Source: an uncultured Candidatus Saccharibacteria bacterium (GTDB lineage Bacteria > Patescibacteriota > UBA1384 > JAMDBS01 > DAOVQR01). Taken from it: a DNA stretch of 64,000 bases. A program made the position numbers and the translations under genes. The stretch covers positions 20,110-84,109 of the forward strand of contig CAYZSW010000004.1 of assembly GCA_964481135.1 (NCBI GenBank), read 5' to 3'. Under the pieces are notes generated by a model. That model saw only the letters and a program-made list of their open reading frames with translations, did not search any database and was not told where the DNA came from. Shown here one piece after another: positions 16,901 to 25,509 of the stretch (position 1 is the first letter of the stretch; each line of letters opens with the position of its first letter).

Positions 16901-19584
16901 AGCAATATTCCGACGATCAGTTTGCTAAGGCCAGTCACATAATCTACAATATCAATCAATTAAATTCTGATTGTGCTAATCAAATCATTGATGAAGATAA
17001 GAAATTTATTACTGAAAACAAAGATTATCTTTCCCAAATAAACGATTTTAACTTTTTGCAAGATACCAGTCAAATACCAGAAAACTGGCCTACTGATTTT
17101 TCAAGTAAACTCAAAAAACACGAAGATAAAATAAGTAGTATTGAATACAATTGCCAAGTAAAGAACATTGAGTATATTAAGCAAATCCAAGATATCCAGC
17201 AAGGAAATGATTCGGCATATTTTTCTTCCTTATATCAAACAATAGAAGACTTCTTTAAATCGCTTGTAAATAATCAGGAAGCTATAGATCAAAAAACTGC
17301 TATCTTTGAAGAATTGAAAGCTAATAATTTTATTCCTGGTTTCTTTGAACCTTTTAGTAAAATATCTCATCGTTATAGCTATATAGATGACGGTCAAATA
17401 ATAGAAGATGAGATAACAGATTATGAGTCACGGCCTGACGATAGTATTTCTTTACCAGAAGATATTTCCCAAATTACCTACCACAACCGTCCACTTACAG
17501 AACAAGAGCTAACAGACCTTATCACACTTGAAGATTTCTTCTATCATGCCCAGTATCCAGAACAATTTAGTCCACTAGATGCAGTTGTGTTTGATCATTT
17601 TGAAAACCTAAAAAGATTCTTTAGAGAAAGAAACCAAGAATTTAGAGCCATTTCTGATCCTCGTTTCCCACAACTATATAATATATTAGATGCTTGTGCC
17701 GACAACAACTATCGTCTTCCTCCAAAACCAGTTGATCATTTTGTCGGTCGCTTTCTAGATCAAGAAGAAAAAGACAAGTTTGCTTACGCAAGAGATCTAA
17801 TCATAGAAAGACAATTTAAATATCCAGACATTGAAAGATCAAACGAAATAGATAGTATCATAGAAGATATCCGTAATTACTTTAGGCCAAAAGAACAAGA
17901 ACTACGACAAATTAATGATCCTCACTTTTTCCATTTAGATATTTTAGATGCACTCTTTAACGGCAGACCTCTTAATATGCCTCCAGGGCAATTTGAAAAC
18001 TTTACACACGATAAAGATCAATTAGATAGTATTAGAGGAATGTTTAAAGATGCCAAACATCTTATCTACACAAAACAATCTCAATCACTTACTTTAGATC
18101 AGCAAGCCAATTATGACAAGATCAAAGAATATTTTACATTGGAAGAAGGAATGCTTAGATCTTTGCCTCACGATATTGTAGACCTTAATGTATTAGATGC
18201 CATGCTTTACAATTTACAACTACCTCCCCAGCCATTTTACGAACCAATTGTAGAGTTTTTTGATGGTGTCGGACATTTCTTTGAAGAAAATATATTTCAA
18301 CCAATAGTAGATCTGTTTTTTCCTCCGCATGATATTACCTACCACAACCGCCCACTCACAGAACAAGAACTAACAGACCTTATCACACTTGAAGATTTCT
18401 TCTATCATGCCCAGTATCCAGAACAATTTAGTCCACTAGATGCAGTTGTGTTTGATCATTTTGAAAACCTAAAAAGATTCTTTAGAGAAAGAAACCAAGA
18501 ATTTAGAGCCATTTCTGATCCTCGTTTCCCACAACTATATAATATATTAGATGCTTGTGCCGACAACAACTATCGTCTTCCTCCAAAACCAGTTGATCAT
18601 TTTGTCGGTCGCTTTCTAGATCAAGAAGAAAAAGACAAGTTTGCTTACGCAAGAGATCTAATCATAGAAAGACAATTTAAATATCCAGACATTGAAAGAT
18701 CAAACGAAATAGATAGTATCATAGAAGATATCCGTAATTACTTTAGGCCAAAAGAACAAGAACTACGACAAATTAATGATCCTCACTTTTTCCATTTAGA
18801 TATTTTAGATGCACTCTTTAACGGCAGACCTCTTAATATGCCTCCAGGGCAATTTGAAAACTTTACACACGATAAAGATCAATTAGATAGTATTAGAGGA
18901 ATGTTTAAAGATGCCAAACATCTTATCTACACAAAACAATCTCAATCACTTACTTTAGATCAGCAAGCCAATTATGACAAGATCAAAGAATATTTTACAT
19001 TGGAAGAAGGAATGCTTAGATCTTTGCCTCACGATATTGTAGACCTTAATGTATTAGATGCCATGCTTTACAATTTACAACTACCTCCCCAGCCATTTTA
19101 CGAACCAATTGTAGAGTTTTTTGAAAATTTAATTTCATTTGAAAATATACTTGGTAAGGCATACGCCCAAGACAATACCGAATCCCCAGAAATTTACTTT
19201 ACTCCGATAAATAGTGATACCAATCAGGAAAGTCAGATAGATAAAGCTTTGGTAGGACAAACAGTGGTTATTAATGCTAGAAACTTCAATCAATCTAAAA
19301 ACATCCAAATTTACTTAGATGATACTTTCTTAGAAGATGCCAAGATCTTAGGTGGGGGATTTGGCATAAAAGTAAAAATGCCACTAGATATTAAATCTGG
19401 AAATTACACCATGAAAGTCATTGGAGATGCCCAAGGTGAATATGTGTTTAAAGATATATATATTGAGCATCCTAGAAACTACAATTGGATTTACTATGTT
19501 TTGGCAGTGTTATTTGTACTTGCCCTTGGATTTGTAATCTACAAAACTAAAAACAAAAAACCACAACAAGATGTTGTGATTTAA
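13999..19584 (+). CDS. giant surface protein (1,862 aa): signal peptide, FN3/Ig-like N-terminal region, internal 287-aa tandem duplication, SPEIYFT-type domain and C-terminal TM anchor
   Basis: ATG at 13999 is in frame with the ORF-track start and 8 nt after the upstream stop; signal MKKILSITLFILVFITLTALVKA; C-terminal WIYYVLAVLFVLALGFVIY TM plus basic tail. Confidence 0.7.
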   Translation: MKKILSITLFILVFITLTALVKADTPYPNAPRFSLEYEIGQLIEGNELTEVTLLWHTPENNNRELPYVFTYEIIKKGPGGDDVSFVVNPGKIFGSQDLNIGSFNDPMAVVGDTYTYTLIIRDTSSRLVGKYSVNVSIPMPEPLSYVEEEPEFNRFYLSPYLEEEQLIEFYNSINNKIQNDSEEENQDAIKAEFSIELDGKVVNILLGGFESAVKKNFSEFQKYFESVLKRYELENNYTMSGNLKKYTSVIPSYNYDYDKKSDNNYSMDVFVKPFSFQYGSENTSKYLNMKASYKFKDQDDIKKDFNLYSNLQFSIVPGSNINDSIRYLKSSLYQNELCERNYSLKQIVNSEQKEIENQPYYLESQIKVYSIDSESGEEKKELAYLPINFTLFENIVFAPFAKHYLDEVSRGRGEKKYTYNSEQYYSYTQPYSYLFPEDEVSFKLKITPEMIFRAKDYDGEIGQEDFTNRVQEIGNIENYKFIVEYDKNRFDLMPHSVINSMIQAGGVAYFYEDNPDIGIVELTFDEDSFNKDTLEKHIEFVGTIKAGSADNLFTNQENILEKSSLRFNVKILHSEDNSDNSNIIFEDDTNYLLSNRIFVRLAGHSMENIFIGMMRGNNKVNSWILNTYDDGQKYYTKDHQIYKEIILAPQNLSSEYSIGINPIDAYNLSPVAVRNIKPADLRYSSGIGGYLYDINLTTEEYKNLFASVGRIDSDEKNIYPYNIYYYDFKDQEKSSPIKINTTFYHLNGNKSNFDFSANNGEIFNVTGTLFANNETYIEISAEKNGQPSKQTYKINYGLGLSLASIRFNINVFGYLFDYLSKYASIENMNFTFNEPGEIKHEEISLSPEIDEQEVQESFNKDVNDYIDIAFYESSEEYYKGISKEAEYGNIDTPTLELQKQLDEGSYIQEVKTYLSDIYSEDYLNNQDDFNDFMFLKDDEGNFLLNNEMMNSKIESEQDKISLLDNYSQQYSDDQFAKASHIIYNINQLNSDCANQIIDEDKKFITENKDYLSQINDFNFLQDTSQIPENWPTDFSSKLKKHEDKISSIEYNCQVKNIEYIKQIQDIQQGNDSAYFSSLYQTIEDFFKSLVNNQEAIDQKTAIFEELKANNFIPGFFEPFSKISHRYSYIDDGQIIEDEITDYESRPDDSISLPEDISQITYHNRPLTEQELTDLITLEDFFYHAQYPEQFSPLDAVVFDHFENLKRFFRERNQEFRAISDPRFPQLYNILDACADNNYRLPPKPVDHFVGRFLDQEEKDKFAYARDLIIERQFKYPDIERSNEIDSIIEDIRNYFRPKEQELRQINDPHFFHLDILDALFNGRPLNMPPGQFENFTHDKDQLDSIRGMFKDAKHLIYTKQSQSLTLDQQANYDKIKEYFTLEEGMLRSLPHDIVDLNVLDAMLYNLQLPPQPFYEPIVEFFDGVGHFFEENIFQPIVDLFFPPHDITYHNRPLTEQELTDLITLEDFFYHAQYPEQFSPLDAVVFDHFENLKRFFRERNQEFRAISDPRFPQLYNILDACADNNYRLPPKPVDHFVGRFLDQEEKDKFAYARDLIIERQFKYPDIERSNEIDSIIEDIRNYFRPKEQELRQINDPHFFHLDILDALFNGRPLNMPPGQFENFTHDKDQLDSIRGMFKDAKHLIYTKQSQSLTLDQQANYDKIKEYFTLEEGMLRSLPHDIVDLNVLDAMLYNLQLPPQPFYEPIVEFFENLISFENILGKAYAQDNTESPEIYFTPINSDTNQESQIDKALVGQTVVINARNFNQSKNIQIYLDDTFLEDAKILGGGFGIKVKMPLDIKSGNYTMKVIGDAQGEYVFKDIYIEHPRNYNWIYYVLAVLFVLALGFVIYKTKNKKPQQDVVI
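17473..19131 (+). repeat. near-perfect tandem direct duplication (period 861 bp, 2 copies) inside the giant gene
   Basis: Copy 2 (18334-19131) matches copy 1 (17473-18270) except for a few synonymous differences near the start (ccgtccactt/ccgcccactc, gagcta/gaacta); the protein repeat ITYHNRPLTEQELTDL...PIVEFF is identical. Confidence 0.9.
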
Positions 19585-19820
19585 TTCTATAATTGAATTA
19601 GGTAAAGCATAAATAAACTTATTTGTTGCAGGTTAGTTTAGATGGCTTTTTTTCGTAATGTTAGCTTATTTATCGATAATTAGGTTTAATGTGAACTAGT
19701 GGTGGACGACACAGGACTTGTCCATCCAATTGTCTTACTATACCTATTACATAGTGTTATTATAGTGTAGCAATTTGGAGGATCCGCCTTTGGCGGAAAC
19801 CTAAATATTTTAATTATTAC

Positions 19821-19897
19821 TGGTGCATCCAAGTGGATTTGAACCACTGACCTCCACAATGTCAATGTGACGCTCTAACCAGCTGAGCTATGGATGC
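19821..19897 (-). tRNA. tRNA-Val (GAC), CCA encoded
   Basis: Reverse complement GCATCCATAGCTCAGCTGGTTAGAGCGTCACATTGACATTGTGGAGGTCAGTGGTTCAAATCCACTTGGATGCACCA; anticodon loop TTGACAT. Confidence 0.85.
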
Positions 19898-20009
19898 ATA
19901 TACACTGGCGGGCAGGTAACCAATTGAGCTAGTCGTCCAAACATTATTTCATCATTAAAACAGATACTAATTTTATCACAATAATATTTGAGTATCAATA
20001 TTCATCTAG

Positions 20010-21002
20010 CTAATAACTTCCATACCCAGGTTCTAATCTTTCAACTTCTCCTACAGTTCCTATTGATCTATAGTAACCAGGGTCTTGCCCCTGCATACCG
20101 GTTTTAGAATAAGCGTTTGTTGAAACTTGATAGGTTTGTCCTGTTGAAGGCGAATGTACTGTTTCGTATCCTAGTATTGCTTCAGACCATTTTTCAGACA
20201 AATCTTTTTTGTCAGAAGAATCACTTACTGAGTTTGATGTTGAAGAAAATCCATCGTCTGGGCTTGGAGTAATTTGTGCTTGACATCTGATTGATATTGC
20301 TACGGCCGAAGGAATTGCTCCATTTTTTTCCCAGCTATCGACTGTTGTAAAACCAGTATAATAACTTAATATGTAACCATAGTCATCAACCGGGTATTTT
20401 TTGTATAATGCAATGCCTTTAATATTTTTCCCTTCTGTAGTAGATGAAAAATCACGCATTATAAAGCCACCGTCTACGGTCTTTGCGTCTTGGGAAAAAG
20501 TAAAATTTTCATTGCCTAATGCTTCCATCATTAGTTTAACAGCATTTTCTGGTTCTCCTCCCCAGCCATATAAAATAGGGGCTATAAACCATCCAGCGCC
20601 TTGGGTTTTTTCTGGGTTATATAAGTCAACTCCACGACCACTTTCATCTGATGTAATAATCCAATCTTTTGGAGTTAGTGCTTTACAGTATCCTGCTGAT
20701 TTTTGAATGAATTCAACTGGATTAAATTGATCTATTGTAGTTATTCTGGGTTTTGCAGTTTCTTCCGAAGGCTTGATTTCAAATTCAAAATTATCAACAT
20801 CATTTTCGCTAATATCGTCAAAATATTTGTATGTGTTTGAAAACCAATAAATTATACTTATTAGTGCTATTAATAAAACTAGAGGTGTTCCGATAATTAC
20901 TACTTTGCCAATTGGTTTGTTCCAAAATTCCACAAATTTATTATTTTGTTGAGGAATGTTATTTGTTTTAGTTTGATTTGGTGTTTCGTTATTATCAAAC
21001 AT
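20010..21002 (-). CDS. membrane-anchored hypothetical protein (330 aa)
   Basis: N/Q-rich N-terminus, single TM (VVIIGTPLVLLIALISIIYWF), extracytoplasmic globular domain with S-rich linker; no recognisable motif. Confidence 0.5.
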   Translation of the reverse strand: MFDNNETPNQTKTNNIPQQNNKFVEFWNKPIGKVVIIGTPLVLLIALISIIYWFSNTYKYFDDISENDVDNFEFEIKPSEETAKPRITTIDQFNPVEFIQKSAGYCKALTPKDWIITSDESGRGVDLYNPEKTQGAGWFIAPILYGWGGEPENAVKLMMEALGNENFTFSQDAKTVDGGFIMRDFSSTTEGKNIKGIALYKKYPVDDYGYILSYYTGFTTVDSWEKNGAIPSAVAISIRCQAQITPSPDDGFSSTSNSVSDSSDKKDLSEKWSEAILGYETVHSPSTGQTYQVSTNAYSKTGMQGQDPGYYRSIGTVGEVERLEPGYGSY

Positions 21003-21025
21003 TTAATGTCCTTAAATAGTTTAAT

Positions 21026-21673
21026 TTATTTATCGCTTAAAATTTCATCAACTTTATTTTTTAAATTTTCGTATGTTGGGTTGAAATCTATTAGTTCGTT
21101 ATTAAAGAAGAATGTTGGTGTTCCAGTTAAATTCACACTTTGTGCTTTTTGCATATGTCTTTGAATTTTTGATTTTATTTCGTCTGAATTCTTATCGTTT
21201 TCAAACTGATTCATATCAAGACCAATCTTTTCTGCCGATTGTTTAATGCTTTCTGTGTCTAATTTATCAACCAAATAAAGTTTATCGTACATTTCCCATG
21301 CTTTATTTTGTTTAGCAGCTGCCTCAAAAGAAAGTGCAGCCTCCATGGCATTGGGGTGATAAGAAAGCGGGTAATGTAAATAGATAAATTTTACTTTATC
21401 TTTATATTCGTCAGTAAATTTTTTAATTTCTTCAAAATAATTTATACAGGCTGGGCATTCAAAATCAGCAATTTCAATTAAAGCTATTTGTGCATCTTCA
21501 CTTCCTTTAAAGAATTCATCTTGTTCTAAATTTTTTATTAATTCGGAATTGATTGGCTGGTTTTTATTTGTACTATCTCCTTTTATTGAACCGTTACTTT
21601 CAGAGTAGCTTTCGCAACCTGTTAAAAATGTACTAATTAATAAAATTAAAACAATATATGTGTATTTTTTCAT
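21026..21673 (-). CDS. DsbA-like thiol:disulfide oxidoreductase lipoprotein (thioredoxin fold)
   Basis: Lipobox LTGC; CPAC active-site motif in ADFECPACINYF. Confidence 0.75.
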   Translation of the reverse strand: MKKYTYIVLILLISTFLTGCESYSESNGSIKGDSTNKNQPINSELIKNLEQDEFFKGSEDAQIALIEIADFECPACINYFEEIKKFTDEYKDKVKFIYLHYPLSYHPNAMEAALSFEAAAKQNKAWEMYDKLYLVDKLDTESIKQSAEKIGLDMNQFENDKNSDEIKSKIQRHMQKAQSVNLTGTPTFFFNNELIDFNPTYENLKNKVDEILSDK

Positions 21674-21710
21674 TTTTCTCCTTTTTTTATCGTTATATTA
21701 ATTATACTAT

Positions 21711-24386
21711 TTATTTGTAATTATTTCTAATTGCTTTATCAATTTCTACGACTATGAATATTGTTGATGCTACTAATATTGTCATTGTCCATTCTCTTAA
21801 AGAAAGAGGTTGGGTTCTAAAAAGTGTTTGTAAGAATTTTGTTTGGGTTGTAAGAATAGTAAGTACAACGGAAATAATTGTCATAGGGATAATATATTTA
21901 TTATTTAAAAACTTAAGTTTTAGTAGCGAACTTGACATAGACTGAGCATTAAATACATTAAATACTTGGAATAGTATCATAGTAATAAATGCAAATGTTC
22001 GCGCTTTATCTAATTCATATCCACTATTTAAAATAAATTTATATAATGCAAGTGTGCCAATAGTCATAGTTAAAGAAACTATTATCATTCTAACAAAAGA
22101 TATATTATCTATAAAACCAGCTTTTAATCTTTTGGGATTAAGTTCTTCGATTTTTTTGTGTTTGGGTTCTACTGCCAGGGCTATAGCACCGGTAATATCA
22201 GTAATTAAATTAATCCATAATATTTGAACAGCAATTAAAGGAATTGGTAAATTAATTATTAGACTTGTGACAAGTATACACACTTCACCAATATTTGTAG
22301 ATAAAAAATAAAAAATAATTCTTCTAATGTTTAAGAACATTGTTCTGCCTTCTTCTATTGCAGCAATAATAGTAGAAAAATTATTATCAAGTAAAATAAT
22401 ATCTGATGCTTCGCGAGCCACATCTGTTCCGCCAATACCCATAGCAATACCTACATCAGCTTTTTTTAAAACTGGTGCGTCATTTACTCCGTCTCCAGTA
22501 ACACCAACAATATTTCCTTGTTTTTGCAGAGCTTTAGCAATTTTATATTTTGTCTCGGGAGTAATACGAGCAAATACAGAAACATCTTTAACAACACTAA
22601 GTAGTTGGGCTTCGTTTAATTTTTCAATTTCTTGTCCTGTTAATATTTTGTCTCCTTTTTTGGCAATATGTGTTTTTATAGCAATAGCTAAAGCGGTTTC
22701 AGGATGATCACCGGTAATCATAATTGGTCTAATTCCAGATTTCAAACATTTTTGAATAGCAACAATCGCATCTTTTTTAGGAGGATCTTCAAGACAGGTA
22801 AATCCAAGATAAGTAAGGTTTGAAATATTGTTTTCTTGAATTCTTTTTTGTGAATAATTATCAAACTTAGCAAAACCAAGTATTCGATAGGCGTTTTTTG
22901 CTTCATAAATAAATTTTTGTTCTATTTCTTTTTTAATTTGACTGGTTAATTTTAATTTTTTTCCGTTTGATAAGTAAAAAGAACACATATTTAGAATTAT
23001 TTCAATTTTTCCTTTTACAGCCAGTAAATTCCCTTTTGAAGTTTTGTGCAAGGTTGCCATATAACCCTTATCAGAAGAAAACTGTATTTCATCGATTCTA
23101 GGATAATTTTTATTTAATTCATCTTTATTAATTTGAGCTTTTTGAGAAGTAACTAGTAGTGATCCTTCAGTGGGGTCGCCTTGGATTTGCCATTGATTTT
23201 CTTTTAAATAAACCGAGGCATCATTACATAGAGTAGATATTTTTAGCAGGGTAGCTAGATCAATATTTTTGTTAAAATCAATTTTTTTATTGTTAATATA
23301 AAAATTTCCTTTAGGTTCATATCCTTCACCATCAATATCAACAATATTTGTATTTGATAAATAAATTTTTTTTAAAGACATTTCATTTAGTGTAAGAGTT
23401 CCAGTTTTATCAGATGCAATTACATTAATACTGCCTAGTGTTTCAATTGCTTGCATTTTTCTAATTAAAGCTTTTCTTTTTACCATTCTGTTAACACCGA
23501 TTGCAAGTACTATAGTAATCATTGCTGGAAGCCCTTCTGGAATAGCAGAAACCCCAGCTGAAACAGTTGTAAAAAACATTTCTATTGCTGTTTGTTCTCG
23601 CCAAATACCAAGAGCAAAAATCATTAAACACACCAAACCAACAATATATAAAATAACTTTTCCCAAGGAATCCATTTTTTTGTTTAATGGGGAAACTTCT
23701 TCTTTAGTTGTTGCAACTTGCTTTGCAATTTTTCCAATTTCAGTGTTTTCGCCCGTGGTAACAACAATACCTAGTCCTTTTCCGGAACTAACAATGGTTG
23801 ATGAATATACCATATTTTTTCTATCCGCTAAAGTTGTTTCAGTAGGAAGTTTTTCAATATTTTTTCTTACTGTGGTTGATTCGCCTGTAAATATAGATTC
23901 ATCAACAGATAATTCATCAGATTTAATAAGTCGAATATCAGCAGGTATTTTTTGACCAGTATTAATAACTACAATATCTCCAATAACTAATTCTTTAGCA
24001 TCTATTTCGGTTTCTTTATTTTCGCGAATTACTAAACACTTGTAAGTAAAAAGTTTTTTTATTGCTTCTAGCGATTTTTCTGCTTTAAGTTCTTGTATGA
24101 ACCCAACTAGAGTATTAATAATTACTACTGCTCCTACAACTGCCGAATCAATGTATTTTTGTAAAAATAAAGTTACAATAACTACTACTAAAAGAATATA
24201 AATTAAAGGACTTTTAAATTGTTTAAGAAATATTTTCAGTGGCGTCACAGAGCTTTTTTGATTAATATCATTTGCACCATATTTTTTATATCTTAAAACT
24301 GCTTCTTTTTTACTAAGACCTTGTAAATTTACATTAAATTTTTTTTGTATTTCACCTATATCAAGATTATGCCAATTATTTTGCAT
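21711..24386 (-). CDS. P-type cation-transporting ATPase (type IIA Ca2+/Mg2+-like)
   Basis: DKTGTLT phosphorylation motif, TGES, GDGVNDAPVLKKADVGIAMG hinge motif, 10 TM architecture. Confidence 0.9.
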   Translation of the reverse strand: MQNNWHNLDIGEIQKKFNVNLQGLSKKEAVLRYKKYGANDINQKSSVTPLKIFLKQFKSPLIYILLVVVIVTLFLQKYIDSAVVGAVVIINTLVGFIQELKAEKSLEAIKKLFTYKCLVIRENKETEIDAKELVIGDIVVINTGQKIPADIRLIKSDELSVDESIFTGESTTVRKNIEKLPTETTLADRKNMVYSSTIVSSGKGLGIVVTTGENTEIGKIAKQVATTKEEVSPLNKKMDSLGKVILYIVGLVCLMIFALGIWREQTAIEMFFTTVSAGVSAIPEGLPAMITIVLAIGVNRMVKRKALIRKMQAIETLGSINVIASDKTGTLTLNEMSLKKIYLSNTNIVDIDGEGYEPKGNFYINNKKIDFNKNIDLATLLKISTLCNDASVYLKENQWQIQGDPTEGSLLVTSQKAQINKDELNKNYPRIDEIQFSSDKGYMATLHKTSKGNLLAVKGKIEIILNMCSFYLSNGKKLKLTSQIKKEIEQKFIYEAKNAYRILGFAKFDNYSQKRIQENNISNLTYLGFTCLEDPPKKDAIVAIQKCLKSGIRPIMITGDHPETALAIAIKTHIAKKGDKILTGQEIEKLNEAQLLSVVKDVSVFARITPETKYKIAKALQKQGNIVGVTGDGVNDAPVLKKADVGIAMGIGGTDVAREASDIILLDNNFSTIIAAIEEGRTMFLNIRRIIFYFLSTNIGEVCILVTSLIINLPIPLIAVQILWINLITDITGAIALAVEPKHKKIEELNPKRLKAGFIDNISFVRMIIVSLTMTIGTLALYKFILNSGYELDKARTFAFITMILFQVFNVFNAQSMSSSLLKLKFLNNKYIIPMTIISVVLTILTTQTKFLQTLFRTQPLSLREWTMTILVASTIFIVVEIDKAIRNNYK

Positions 24387-24408
24387 TTTACCTCTTTATT
24401 TTATGGTT

Positions 24409-25149
24409 TTAAATAAATTTAACCAGATACATTATTAGTATTCCTACAATAAAAAAGCTAAAACTTACAATTGATTTAACTAAAGATTTTTCTTTGCGAA
24501 TTTCTGGAATTAAATCTGAAGCTGCAATATAAATAAACCCTCCTGCAGCAATTGGTAAAAGATATAATTCAATATTTTCGGAATATTCTATTAAATAATA
24601 ACCAACTATACCGCCGGTTAATGCTGTTAGAGCTGTTAGAAAATTAAAAAAAAGTGCTTTAGTTTTTGTATATCCTGAGAATAATAGAACTCCAAAATCG
24701 CCAATTTCTTGAGGAATTTCATGTAATGCTATAGCAATTGTTGTACTAATTCCAAGCGCTGGGTTAACCATAAATCCTGTAGCAATTATTAGTCCATCAA
24801 TAAAATTGTGCACAGCGTCTCCAATTAAATTCATTGTTCCAAAAGTATGTACTTCGCATTTTTCTTTATGACAATGTCTCCAATGAAGAACTTTTTCAAT
24901 TATAAAAAATATTATAAATGCAATCAAAGTCCAAGTAAAAATATTTATATTACTTTCTTCTGCTTTTTCTTGTGCTTCTGGTAATAAATGCAAAAATGCA
25001 CCTCCCATAAGAGCGCCAGATGAAAGCCCAACTAAAACAATCAACATTTTTTGAACTAATTTATCTTTTAAAGATAGTGTAAAGATTCCTATTAGAGATA
25101 TTACGCTTATTGCAAGCGTTGCTAAAATAATCTGAAGAAGTATATTCAT
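24409..25149 (-). CDS. ZIP-family divalent metal (zinc) transporter, ZupT-like
   Basis: HNFIDGLIIA and HEIPQEIGDFGVL signature helices; multiple TM segments. Confidence 0.75.
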   Translation of the reverse strand: MNILLQIILATLAISVISLIGIFTLSLKDKLVQKMLIVLVGLSSGALMGGAFLHLLPEAQEKAEESNINIFTWTLIAFIIFFIIEKVLHWRHCHKEKCEVHTFGTMNLIGDAVHNFIDGLIIATGFMVNPALGISTTIAIALHEIPQEIGDFGVLLFSGYTKTKALFFNFLTALTALTGGIVGYYLIEYSENIELYLLPIAAGGFIYIAASDLIPEIRKEKSLVKSIVSFSFFIVGILIMYLVKFI

Positions 25150-25350
25150 AAATTTCCTTTCTTTTTCTATATCATATCAAAAATCTAGAAAAATAATAAA
25201 TTTTGATTTTATAGAGATGTTAGAATATTTTTAATAATGCGTTATTGATTGACTTTAGTACAAATATTGTGTATGATATTCTAGTTATTAATAAAATCGA
25301 CAATAACAAGGGAATACCCTTTTTTTATTTTATCACCCTTCGCCAAAAAA

Positions 25351-25487
25351 CCCTGTGGTCTTAAGTCACAGGAATGAATGGCGAAAGGATGATGCCCCGA
25401 AGCTTTAGCGAAGGGGAAGTTGATCGAAGGCTACGGGTGATGAATTTAAAATAATCCCTAGATACCCTGTGGTCTTAAGCCACAGGG
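25351..25487 (+). promoter_or_regulatory. structured GC-rich 5' leader of typA with two near-identical flanking hairpins
   Basis: ccctgtggtcttaagtcacagg ... ccctgtggtcttaagccacaggg bracket an approximately 90-nt GC-rich core immediately upstream of the typA start (25510). Confidence 0.5.
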
Positions 25488-25509
25488 AAATTCATTTTAA
25501 AGATTAAAT

